The notes beneath the pieces are model-generated. The model was given only the letters and a program-made list of their open reading frames with translations. It was not told where the DNA came from and made no database searches. A DNA stretch of 64,000 nucleotides from assembly GCA_964490105.1 (NCBI GenBank), contig CAZAZU010000001.1, forward strand, positions 498,361 through 562,360, given 5' to 3'. Positions 1 through 8,440 of this stretch are shown one piece after another. Each line of letters opens with the position of its first letter. Position 1 is the stretch's first letter. The DNA comes from an uncultured Gammaproteobacteria bacterium (GTDB lineage: Bacteria > Patescibacteriota > Microgenomatia > Levybacterales > UBA12049). The position numbers and the translations under genes are program-made.

Positions 1-1
1 A

Positions 2-490
2 GTTGCAGATTTTTATAAATCTAACTCACCCAGAATCCTAAAGTACTTACTCAAACATCTACCGAGTAAGGAAGATGCTGAGGATTTAACTAATGATGTC
101 TTTTTCGAAGCAATTGATTCCTTAAATCTCCTAACAAAAGAGGATAATCTACAGGCTTGGCTTTATAAAATCGCACATAATAAAATGGTCGATTATTATA
201 GAAAAAGAAAAATTAAATCTCTTCTTCTGTCTCAGATTCCATATTTAGAAATAATCGATAAAGAAGTTCATCAGCCGGAATTTCAATTCGAGAAAGACAG
301 AGTTCGAGATAAGATTGAAAAGACTTTAATAAGCCTTTCTGAAAAATATCAAAAAGTATTAAGACTTCATTACGAAGAAGGATTTTCAGTAAAAGAAATT
401 GCCGTAAGACTTAATATGTCTTTTAAAGCTACGGAATCGCTTTTATTTAGAGCAAGAAAACAATTCCAACTAGCATATGAATCCCGCTAA
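2..490 (+). CDS. ECF-type RNA polymerase sigma-70 factor, 5'-truncated at window edge
   Basis: The frame is open from nt 2. Region 2-like segment 'DLTNDVFFEAIDSL...QAWLYKIAHNKMVDYYRKRK' is followed by a region 4 HTH 'SVKEIAVRLNMSFKATESLLFRARKQF'. The last codons and the stop lie inside MITE copy A. Confidence 0.8.
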   Translation, partial: VADFYKSNSPRILKYLLKHLPSKEDAEDLTNDVFFEAIDSLNLLTKEDNLQAWLYKIAHNKMVDYYRKRKIKSLLLSQIPYLEIIDKEVHQPEFQFEKDRVRDKIEKTLISLSEKYQKVLRLHYEEGFSVKEIAVRLNMSFKATESLLFRARKQFQLAYESR

Positions 491-565
491 AAGCCGCGAT
501 CGCTTTTAAAAATTGGGGTCAGAGAAAGGAAAGGCAGGTGATCGCGATCTGCTTTTAAACGGGAT
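481..565 (+). mobile_element. MITE-like palindromic repeat, copy A (about 85 bp, imperfect terminal inverted repeats containing GCGATCGC)
   Basis: Sequence 'atcccgctaaaagccgcgatcgcttttaa...gatcgcgatctgcttttaaacgggat' is near-identical to 46873-46959 and to the reverse complement of 39396-39478. The ends are inverted repeats of each other. Confidence 0.6.
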
Positions 566-791
566 GAACGAAAATGAATTTATTTTAAAACTCCAGGAAA
601 GAGCTCGCACTCAAGAAAAAATTGTTAAAGATATGCCATTTTCAAATATTTTTTCGACCGTTAGTCTTTGGCTGGGACGTCATCCATATAGAATTCTGGT
701 GCCAATCGCATTCATACTGACTTTACTTTTTAGAGGTGTTTTAGGCCCAAAATACACTGACTTTGTGCTTTATATATTTAGAACAATATGA
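513..791 (+). CDS. hypothetical membrane protein (possible anti-sigma factor by position only)
   Basis: ORF directly follows the ECF sigma gene and has one predicted TM segment 'ILVPIAFILTLLF'. The first 17 codons lie inside MITE copy A, so the true start is probably the ATG at 564 supplied by the repeat terminus (MNENEF...). Confidence 0.3.
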   Translation: MGSEKGKAGDRDLLLNGMNENEFILKLQERARTQEKIVKDMPFSNIFSTVSLWLGRHPYRILVPIAFILTLLFRGVLGPKYTDFVLYIFRTI

Positions 792-1108
792 AGAAAAGAA
801 CATTTTTTATATACGTTGCATATGTTTGGACAAAAACTTTACTCGGTCTTACTTTTCATCCATACAGCTCAGTTAGGGAAACTTTAAGACGCCCAGTTTT
901 ACTACCTGTAATTATTAGCCCACTAATGGGACTTGGAGTTTTATTAATTGTCGGAAAACTTACTTCTCTTCTAATAACTGTTTATGATTTAAAAAGAGAA
1001 TTAATAGGAATTATCTTAAGTACCACTCTTATTTCAATCGTCTTCTGGCAGCTTTTACTTCTATATCTTCTACTAAGCTTCGTAACCGCATATCTAAAGA
1101 GGCGATAA
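788..1108 (+). CDS. hypothetical polytopic small membrane protein
   Basis: 106-aa ORF overlapping the previous stop by 4 bp. It has 3 hydrophobic segments and no recognisable motif. Confidence 0.35.
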   Translation: MKKRTFFIYVAYVWTKTLLGLTFHPYSSVRETLRRPVLLPVIISPLMGLGVLLIVGKLTSLLITVYDLKRELIGIILSTTLISIVFWQLLLLYLLLSFVTAYLKRR

Positions 1109-1150
1109 AACTAGCATTTATAGCCTCGATAAGTTAAAATTACCATACAT

Positions 1151-1221
1151 TGCCAGATCATCTAATGGTAGGATAGCGGACTCTGAATCCGTTCATCTTG
1201 GTTCGAATCCAAGTCTGGCAG
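1151..1221 (+). tRNA. tRNA-Gln (anticodon CTG)
   Basis: Hand-folded cloverleaf.
- Acceptor TGCCAGA/TCTGGCA (U1-A72).
- D arm ATCT-AATGGTA-GGAT.
- Anticodon stem GCGGA/TCCGT with loop CTCTGAA (T33, CTG, A37).
- T arm CTTGG-TTCGAAT-CCAAG.
- Discriminator G, no encoded CCA. Confidence 0.8.
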
Positions 1222-1470
1222 CACAACTTCTTACATTTCCTCTACTATTCTCTAACTTAAATCTCAAAAGCTTAGTCTAGTATTGACTCATGGCTAAGTA
1301 TAGTAAAAGAGCACAGGATAAAGTCCACATAGCAATGCATGAGATGAAAGAGGGAAAACTTAAAAGTAGTAGTGGCGACAAAGTTACTAACCCTAAACAA
1401 GCAATAGCGATTGGACTTTCAGAAGCGAGATCTGAGGGAGCAAAGGTTCCTAGAAAAAAGAAACAATAAT

Positions 1471-1806
1471 ATGGAAATATTAAAAAATTATGGACTTTCC
1501 ATTGCTTTATTTCTTTTATTTGCAGGCTCATGGGGAGGACAGGCTTACTTTCAGTGGAATGAATTTACCTCCACCCAACAGGAACATAATGCGGAAATAA
1601 ATGTAAAAGATTTTTCAAATGAATTCCTATCAGCAACATTTGAAAATTGGCAGTCAGAATTCCTGCAACTATTTTCTTTTGTAGTACTAGCTACATACCT
1701 AATTCATAAAGGAAGTCCTCAATCAAAAGATGGAGATGATGAAATAAGAATAATGTTAAAAGACATTCAAAAGAAACTTGACACTACGAAGAAGAGAAAA
1801 CACTAA
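1471..1806 (+). CDS. hypothetical small membrane protein
   Basis: Internal Met (MEILKNYGLSIALFLLFAGSW...) of the 1411..1806 ORF. It has one N-terminal TM and a second hydrophobic stretch, and is convergent with gltX with overlapping stops. Confidence 0.35.
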   Translation: MEILKNYGLSIALFLLFAGSWGGQAYFQWNEFTSTQQEHNAEINVKDFSNEFLSATFENWQSEFLQLFSFVVLATYLIHKGSPQSKDGDDEIRIMLKDIQKKLDTTKKRKH

Positions 1807-3194
1807 ACTCTTTTTTTAAGATTTTCTATTATTTGATCACGGCCTTCTATTTTTACCATTGTCTCGATTAGCGGCAAACCTTGTTCTTTTCCTGTAATCA
1901 AAAAATAGATTATTTTCATGGAAACATTTTCCTGATCTCTAAAATTCTTAAGATGATTTAAGATTATGTCCTCTCTCCAGTCGGTGTGATTTATTTTTTC
2001 TAAAACTCCTAAAAGCTTTTTGCCGGATTCTTTTTCTTCGGACGTAAATTCTCTTTGTTTTTGTGGAGCATTAACTAAATTTCTAAATTCGGAAAGTTTT
2101 TTCATCCTGCTCTGAGCTAGGCCAATTAGTAAATCTACATGCTTACTATCAAACATTGCACTAAATTCCTTGTCATTTCTATAAAACTTTTCTAAGCGTT
2201 TTTTGAGCTCTAAGGAATCCATATTTCTAATCCACTGACCATTTATCCATTCTAATTTTGCGAGATCAAAAATAGGCCCGACAGGTTTTAAGTCTTTTGG
2301 ATCAAAAAGACTTATAAATTCCTGGATATCAAATACTTCTTTCTGCTCTGGATGACTCCAACCCATTAGAGCCAGGAAATTTAATATCGCTTCCGGTAAA
2401 AATCCCTCATCTTTATACCAATCTACGCTTGCATGTCCATGTCTTTTAGATAATTTAGACTTATCAGGATTTCTTAAAACCGGGGTATGATAAAACTTCG
2501 GCTTTTCCCAACCAAAATATTCATAAAGTAAAATATGCTTTGGAAGACTCGAAAGCCATTCTTCCCCTCTTACTACATCTGTAATCTCCATTAGATGGTC
2601 ATCAATAATTACAGCGAAGTGATATGTAGGAAATCCATCAGACTTCACAAGAACCGTATCTTCAATTAGACTAGAATCAAATTCTACATCTCCTCGAATT
2701 TCATCCCGTCCTACAAGTTTTGTATTTTCTGGAATTCTAAGGCGAAGAACGTGCGGCTCTGAAAGCCTCTCCTTTGATTCTTCAATTTTTAAACCTCTGC
2801 AATGACCATCATACATTGTGGGCTGATGACTTGCAGTTTGGGTTGCCCTTAAAGCATCTAGTCTTTCTTTTGTACAAAAACAATAATAAGCGCCGTTTTT
2901 TTCAACTAAATCCAATGCATATTTGGCATAAATCTCAAGCCTTTCAGATTGACGATACGGCCCAAAGTCCCCGCCTTTTCTCACACTTTCATCCTCAATT
3001 AGTGAAAACCAGTCAATTGCTTCAAAAATTTTATCCTCTGATCCTTCTACAAAACGAGCTCTATCTGTATCTTCAATTCTTACTAAAAACTTTCCTTTAT
3101 TTCTCCTGGCATATGCATAATCAAATAAGGCCTGATAAACAGTCCCTATATGCGGAAACCCGGTTGGACTTGGTGCAACTCTAGTTCTAGTCAT
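1803..3194 (-). CDS. gltX: glutamate--tRNA ligase
   Basis: Class I HIGH motif 'PSPTGFPHIGT' and KMSKS-type 'KLSKRHG'. 463 aa. TATAAT lies 6 nt upstream of the ATG. Confidence 0.9.
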   Translation of the reverse strand: MTRTRVAPSPTGFPHIGTVYQALFDYAYARRNKGKFLVRIEDTDRARFVEGSEDKIFEAIDWFSLIEDESVRKGGDFGPYRQSERLEIYAKYALDLVEKNGAYYCFCTKERLDALRATQTASHQPTMYDGHCRGLKIEESKERLSEPHVLRLRIPENTKLVGRDEIRGDVEFDSSLIEDTVLVKSDGFPTYHFAVIIDDHLMEITDVVRGEEWLSSLPKHILLYEYFGWEKPKFYHTPVLRNPDKSKLSKRHGHASVDWYKDEGFLPEAILNFLALMGWSHPEQKEVFDIQEFISLFDPKDLKPVGPIFDLAKLEWINGQWIRNMDSLELKKRLEKFYRNDKEFSAMFDSKHVDLLIGLAQSRMKKLSEFRNLVNAPQKQREFTSEEKESGKKLLGVLEKINHTDWREDIILNHLKNFRDQENVSMKIIYFLITGKEQGLPLIETMVKIEGRDQIIENLKKRV

Positions 3195-3374
3195 AGATTC
3201 ATTATATATCTAAAAAGGCTCAGAGAGCTTACGAAATTTTCGAAGCGAGAATTTGCGGGGCAGGAACCGGGAAAATAAAAACTTTCTCCGCGCGCGCAGT
3301 CTCGAAAATTTTGCGAGCGACCTGGGCAACCTTGTCATTTGCATTGTAGCTAAAATCTCCTTTATACTCAATAT

Positions 3375-4421
3375 ATGCCCACAACTCTAAGTAAATTTAA
3401 GAGTCAGTTTTTAGTGGTGGCCAAATGGGCTGCAATTATAACTGGGATTCTCGTTGGAATTTTTGTTTTGATAAAAATAGCTTTTTTTGTAAAAGAGCTT
3501 ATTTCTCCTACTCCACCACCCCCGCCTACTGTTAGTTTTGGTAAATTACCTCCTATCTATTTCCCTGAGAGCATAAATAAAAAGTTTACATACTCGGTAG
3601 ACACTCTTAGTGGGGAACTCCCAACTCTACCAGACAGAACCAAAGTTTATGAAATGGAAAAACCAGGACCCGACATCCTAGCAGTACAAAGAGCAATCGA
3701 AAAAGTTTCCTCTGTGGGATTTACATCAAAGCCAGAGCAACTCTCAGACATACAATACCGCTGGACAAGTCTTGGTCCACCTGCGAAAAGTCTTGTTTTA
3801 AATGTAAACATGGCTTCGTTTACCCTATATTCTTCATACCTTACTGATCCTTTCGTTCTTTCTGGTGCTTCGCTTGGAAATGAGGAGGATGCAGTAAACA
3901 CTGCAAAAACGTTCTTAAATGCACTAAATCTTTACCCGGAAGATATTGATGATGATAAAACAAAGATAGAATTATTCTCAATTAACAACGAGGTATTGGG
4001 CCCGGCAGAAAGCTTATCTAGAGCAAAACTTATAAGTGTTTCGTTTTTTCAGAAAGATAAAGATGAAATAAAAATGGTTTATCCTGGGGGTAAAAATTCA
4101 ACCATGAATTTAGTAATCGGATCTGGTGACAGAGAATCTCTTGTTGTAAATGCAAGATTTTTTTATCAAAAAGCTACAGATAAATCCGCAACGTATCCAA
4201 TAAAAACTTCCCAAGAAGCATTTGAGGAATTGAAAAATGGTAAAGGAAGAATAGTCAGTCAAAAAGGTGACAGTTTAAATATTGTTATTAAAAATGTTTA
4301 CCTGGGATATTATTCAGAAGGAAAACAGCAGGATTACTTGATGCCTGTTATTGTTTTTGAAGGTACCAACGATTTTATTGCCTATATCTCTGCTGTTAAG
4401 GACGAATGGATAGATAAGTAA
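3375..4421 (+). CDS. hypothetical membrane-anchored extracytoplasmic protein
   Basis: N-terminal TM 'AAIITGILVGIFVLIKIAFFV' followed by a PPPPP linker. No catalytic motifs recognised. Confidence 0.45.
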   Translation: MPTTLSKFKSQFLVVAKWAAIITGILVGIFVLIKIAFFVKELISPTPPPPPTVSFGKLPPIYFPESINKKFTYSVDTLSGELPTLPDRTKVYEMEKPGPDILAVQRAIEKVSSVGFTSKPEQLSDIQYRWTSLGPPAKSLVLNVNMASFTLYSSYLTDPFVLSGASLGNEEDAVNTAKTFLNALNLYPEDIDDDKTKIELFSINNEVLGPAESLSRAKLISVSFFQKDKDEIKMVYPGGKNSTMNLVIGSGDRESLVVNARFFYQKATDKSATYPIKTSQEAFEELKNGKGRIVSQKGDSLNIVIKNVYLGYYSEGKQQDYLMPVIVFEGTNDFIAYISAVKDEWIDK

Positions 4422-5307
4422 TATTATTATCCAGATAATTAAGAAGTGTTTGTGTATCCCCAAATCTATCCTGGCTTTGCATAACTACAAATATTAAATC
4501 AGCATTTTCCGAAGGCAAATTTCGGGAAGTTACCAAAACCTGACCTGCCCCATCTGTAAAACCAGTTTTTACGCCGTTTACACCAGGAATATCAAGTAAT
4601 ATATTTATATTTTTTATAGTGTATTTTACGCCATCCAAACTTTGAATTTGTCGGCTTTTAGTAGAGACTACCTCTCTAAACTTAGGATCATTCATTGCAA
4701 TACTCGTAAGTCTTGCCAAATCAATTGCAGTGGTATAGTCTTTTTCGTCCAGCAATCCAATCGGTTCTTCAAAATAAGTATCGTGTAAGTTATACGCTTG
4801 TGCTTTTTCGTTCATTCTGGCTACGAATGCTTTTTCTCCCCCAGGATAATTTTCGGCAATTGCCTGCGTTGCATCATTTGAAGAAGGAAGCATCATGGCA
4901 TAAAGAAGATCTTCAAATGTAAATTCATAATTAAGCGGAAGCTTAAGCGTAGTTCCCTCTACATTCGATTTATAAATAGTCAAAGTGTCCGCTAATTTAT
5001 AGTATTCTAATGCGACGAGCGCAGTCATAATCTTAGTAGTAGAAGCAGGAGAAAACCTTAAATTAGGATTTTTTTCAAATAAAACCACTTGCGACTCTTT
5101 ATCAATTACTACAGCACCCTGAGCAGAAATTACTGGATACAAAGAGAAATTAACCTGAGGATACCTTGCAGGAAAAAATTCAATCGGACTCGTGAAAGTT
5201 CCAATTAACGAATTTTGTTTTTTTAGTTCTATATTTAGGAGTGCTAAAAAACTAAATGTTGCAAAAACGATTACTAGAGATATGAAGTAGAAGATCTTTA
5301 CTTTCAT
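4396..5307 (-). CDS. D-alanyl-D-alanine carboxypeptidase (serine peptidase S11, PBP5/6-like)
   Basis: N-terminal TM. SxxK 'STTK', SxN 'SSN' and KTG 'KTGFTDGAG' motifs are in the correct order. Confidence 0.8.
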   Translation of the reverse strand: MKVKIFYFISLVIVFATFSFLALLNIELKKQNSLIGTFTSPIEFFPARYPQVNFSLYPVISAQGAVVIDKESQVVLFEKNPNLRFSPASTTKIMTALVALEYYKLADTLTIYKSNVEGTTLKLPLNYEFTFEDLLYAMMLPSSNDATQAIAENYPGGEKAFVARMNEKAQAYNLHDTYFEEPIGLLDEKDYTTAIDLARLTSIAMNDPKFREVVSTKSRQIQSLDGVKYTIKNINILLDIPGVNGVKTGFTDGAGQVLVTSRNLPSENADLIFVVMQSQDRFGDTQTLLNYLDNNITYLSIRP

Positions 5308-5312
5308 CCATT

Positions 5313-6737
5313 TTACTTTGTGACGATTTTAATTCCTAGTTCTTTTAGTTGATCTTCTGAAACAGGAGCTGGGGCGTCCATTACAGAAGTTCTCCCAGTT
5401 GAAGTCATCGGAAATGCCATTGCCTCCTTTATAGACTCTTCACCTTTTAAGAGCGCTATATGACGATCAAGTCCCAGCGCGATTCCTCCATGAGGAGGAG
5501 CACCAAATGAAAATGCTTCAAGCATATGCCCGATACTTTCATTTATTTCCTCATCTGAATAACCCATAATCTTATAAGTAGCTCTGAGTATTTCAGGGGT
5601 ATGTGCCCTCACACTTCCTCCACCTGCCTCAAGTCCATTACAAACTAAATCATATTGCGTAGTCATAATCTCTTGGATGTTTTCGCCTTTCATTAAATTA
5701 TCCAAGTGCTCTGGGAGAGGCATGCTAAAAGGATTATGGGTAAAAGTCCATTCGCTCTTACTATCCAAACTATCTGAGATTTCAGTCTTACTTACTTTCC
5801 TGAAGAATGGGAAATTTATAACCCAAGCAAATGCAAGTGTCCCGTCTTTCTTTTCTTCTTCTGTCCTTAAATCAAATTTATCCGCTCCATATTTCGAAAT
5901 CGCTTCCGTATAAGTAATTACTGGAAATTTTTCATCTTTTAATTTTCCGCCAACTGCTTTAACTGCGTCCTTAACTGCGCTTTCAGTTGTCTCCATAACG
6001 TCTTCTCGAGTTGCAAAACTCATCTCAAGATCTAACTGCGCGAACTCAAATCCTCTGTCTGCTCTTAAATCTTCATCCCTAAAACATTTTGGAAATTGGA
6101 AATATCTTTCAAATCCCGCCACCATCAGAAGCTGCTTATATTGCTGGGGTGATTGGGGTAGTGCATAAAATTTCCCCGGCTGAAAACGGGATGGAACTAT
6201 AAAGTCTCTCGCACCTTCCATAGTAGCCTTGGAAAGCACCGGTGTTTCTATCTCTACAAAATCTTTCTTGATCAAAGACTGGCGGAGCGCCTGCATGTAG
6301 TCACTCCTTAGTCTTATGTTGTCCTGCATTCTTGGCCGTCTTAAATCAAGATATCTATATTTCAAACGAACTTCTTCATTGATATCCAAACCATCACTTG
6401 TAACATCAAAGGGTGGGGTCTCTGATTTAGCTAGAATCTTTACATCTAAAACCTCAAGCTCTACAGTTCCAGTTAAAAGATCCTTATTAATATTTTTTTC
6501 GGGTCTAGCATTAATTTTTCCGGTAATTTCTACTACAAATTCTGGCCTTAATTCCCCGGCTTTAGTATGTGCTTCAGGAGAACTGCTTGGGATAACTACT
6601 GCCTGGATTTTTCCTGATCTATCCCTAAGATCTAAGAAGATTAATTTCCCATGATCGCGTCTTATATCTACCCAACCCTGTATTAAAACTTCTTCGCCAA
6701 CCTTACTAACAGTATCTTTTATGAGTGTTCTTTGCAT
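5313..6737 (-). CDS. aspS: aspartate--tRNA ligase, short form lacking GAD insertion
   Basis: Class II motif 2 'FRDEDLRADRGFEFAQLDLEMSF', preceded by 'QSPQQYKQLLMVAGFERYFQ' as in AspRS (not AsnRS). 474 aa. Confidence 0.85.
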   Translation of the reverse strand: MQRTLIKDTVSKVGEEVLIQGWVDIRRDHGKLIFLDLRDRSGKIQAVVIPSSSPEAHTKAGELRPEFVVEITGKINARPEKNINKDLLTGTVELEVLDVKILAKSETPPFDVTSDGLDINEEVRLKYRYLDLRRPRMQDNIRLRSDYMQALRQSLIKKDFVEIETPVLSKATMEGARDFIVPSRFQPGKFYALPQSPQQYKQLLMVAGFERYFQFPKCFRDEDLRADRGFEFAQLDLEMSFATREDVMETTESAVKDAVKAVGGKLKDEKFPVITYTEAISKYGADKFDLRTEEEKKDGTLAFAWVINFPFFRKVSKTEISDSLDSKSEWTFTHNPFSMPLPEHLDNLMKGENIQEIMTTQYDLVCNGLEAGGGSVRAHTPEILRATYKIMGYSDEEINESIGHMLEAFSFGAPPHGGIALGLDRHIALLKGEESIKEAMAFPMTSTGRTSVMDAPAPVSEDQLKELGIKIVTK

Positions 6738-6814
6738 ATGTGTATTTTAATATTTTGCCCAAAGCTACACAAGCCTCAATTGACTACTACTATAAGCTAT
6801 GCTAAAATCCCGCT

Positions 6815-8440
6815 ATGACAAGAGCTGAAGGCACACCAACCGGACAAACAGGGAAGAAAATTGGCGAAGGATCTGCTTTGCGTGTAGATTTGTCTAAAGA
6901 AGGACCTGGTAAAAGGACAAAACCCCCAACAACCTTACAAGAAGATCCCCACCTAAGACATAAATACGTTCCCTTAATGCAGGGCGAAACTTTTCCGTTT
7001 GATATTAGATTTGCGAGACCATATCAGCAGCGACAAGCTGACAGCAGTACCCCCTTCGAACCCCGTTTCGCATGGGCAGCTGCTCTTGCACATTCTCCAG
7101 AACTTCGTGAAGAATTCCTAGCTCATAGAACAGAATACAGGACTGCTATGGGAAATGTTTTACAACTTTTAGATATTACGGATGCAAGAGAAATTCCAAG
7201 AGCATTCGACGCAAGAGGGAAAGCTGCAAAAATAGTCGATATCAACAGAGCTATTGGGAGATTGTATTCACCGCAAACTGAAGGAAGAAGAGCACCAAAA
7301 GACTCTCGAAAAGCTAAAACAGTTGAAGATTATGCAAAATCTGCTGACACCTTCATTAGCGGTCTTCGATTAAACGATGGAATATTAAATCCCATCGCAT
7401 ACAAAATTCGTCCCTCAGAAGAGGCAGTAAGTAGATCAAATCCGTATGAACTTCTGGAGCTTGCGTTTACTCCAGGAAATTCACCAAAGCTTGGTTTTGA
7501 AGCGCTCAGAAAACTATTTCTTGGAACTAAAATTGCTGCAGTCGATGCTGTATCTGCGGAACTCGAAGAAGGAGATACATATAGAAAGTTTACTGATTTA
7601 CTCGATAAGTTAGTCTGGGATCAGGAACATCCTAAGGGATATACAGAAGATGTAGTCTTATTAAGTAAACACGATATGGAAACCTACGACGTTCTTTATG
7701 AATTAATGGATGGAACATTAGTTACATTTGATAAAATACCTGATGCAGAGCGAGAAACAGCAAAACCTGCAATCGCTGAAGTCCCAGCAAATGAAAAGGA
7801 TGCTATTGAAACTGCGGTAAGAAAAAGCGATCCTGATCAAATGGGGCACCATCTTAGATTAACCACTCTGCAATCCAGATTATTTAAACATAACGGTGTT
7901 TCACATCATGCTTTTGTAGATAAAAGACAGAAAAAGTTTCATTCATGGGTCATGAAAATGCTTCGTAAAGGTGAGGACGAACCAACAGTGGCGGTCGAAG
8001 ATAGAATTGGAATGATGCTTGTTGTTAAAGATACCGAAGAAGCTGACATGCTTGTGGAACAACTTCAGATGGCAGGCAGAAGAACTGGAAGCATACTTCT
8101 TCCAGAAGGCATAGAAGATAATCTCAAAAGAAAAGGAAAAAAGAAAAAGTACAGTGCAAAAAACGCAGGAAGCTCGAATGAGACAGAAATGATGAAATTC
8201 TATGCAAGGGTGCACGGAATGAGAATCGAAGTTATAATCCATACACATGAGTCTTACCTTAATTATCAGTATTCAGATAGGACTGGTCATGATGATTTTG
8301 AAATCAAGAGATTTTTCGACAGTGGGCTCTTTCAACTTCTCTTTCCACAATCAATCTACCCCGAGGTAAATCCTGAAGAAGATAGAGAATATCTATTGGA
8401 AGAAAAACGCAGAGCGAAAAGAACACAAAGAATTGGTTAA
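6815..8440 (+). CDS. GC-rich protein of unknown function with C-terminal RelA/SpoT-like nucleotidyltransferase (alarmone-synthetase fold) region
   Basis: Residues ~375-505 align by eye to the Rel synthetase core (layout in the matching finding), with the catalytic Asp and Glu positions present. GC is about 45-48 percent versus about 35 percent in neighbouring aspS. TTGACT-17nt-TAAAAT sits 6 nt upstream of the ATG. Confidence 0.5.
   Translation: MTRAEGTPTGQTGKKIGEGSALRVDLSKEGPGKRTKPPTTLQEDPHLRHKYVPLMQGETFPFDIRFARPYQQRQADSSTPFEPRFAWAAALAHSPELREEFLAHRTEYRTAMGNVLQLLDITDAREIPRAFDARGKAAKIVDINRAIGRLYSPQTEGRRAPKDSRKAKTVEDYAKSADTFISGLRLNDGILNPIAYKIRPSEEAVSRSNPYELLELAFTPGNSPKLGFEALRKLFLGTKIAAVDAVSAELEEGDTYRKFTDLLDKLVWDQEHPKGYTEDVVLLSKHDMETYDVLYELMDGTLVTFDKIPDAERETAKPAIAEVPANEKDAIETAVRKSDPDQMGHHLRLTTLQSRLFKHNGVSHHAFVDKRQKKFHSWVMKMLRKGEDEPTVAVEDRIGMMLVVKDTEEADMLVEQLQMAGRRTGSILLPEGIEDNLKRKGKKKKYSAKNAGSSNETEMMKFYARVHGMRIEVIIHTHESYLNYQYSDRTGHDDFEIKRFFDSGLFQLLFPQSIYPEVNPEEDREYLLEEKRRAKRTQRIG

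Noticed and set aside
481-565. Cyanobacterial-type HIP1 (GCGATCGC) genome signature.
   Set aside because: As far as I could scan, the octamer occurs only inside the three MITE copies and not dispersed through coding sequence. It is therefore a feature of the repeat, not a genome-wide iterated palindrome.
1277-1531. 84-aa minus-strand ORF next to the tRNA.
   Set aside because: Low-complexity Leu/Ser-rich translation. It overlaps the plus-strand small membrane ORF and the region immediately downstream of the tRNA. No start context.
2774-3184. Numerous ATG-to-stop ORFs in the six-frame track lying antisense to or nested in long, motif-supported genes. Examples: 2774..3184+, 3647..3901-, 4713..4922+, 5677..5913+, 6316..6654+, 7943..8248-, 8594..8791+, 9633..9818+, 10374..10661-, 11049..11369-, 14536..14967+, 15268..15600+, 16994..17191+, 22227..22439+, 24796..24993+, 27533..27742+, 28928..29164+, 30478..30675-, 32991..33335+, 33280..33522+, 34339..34545-, 36149..36340+, 37149..37376+, 38858..39046+, 40410..40679-, 41435..41623-, 42035..42226-, 43385..43573+, 44622..45105, 46362..46670-, 52727..52963+, 53863..54129+, 54937..55881, 56612..56794-, 57982..59409-, 62413..62622+.
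   Set aside because: Each overlaps a longer ORF carrying clear catalytic or structural motifs on the other strand or frame, has no motif of its own, and typically shows low-complexity translation. I treat them as shadow ORFs.
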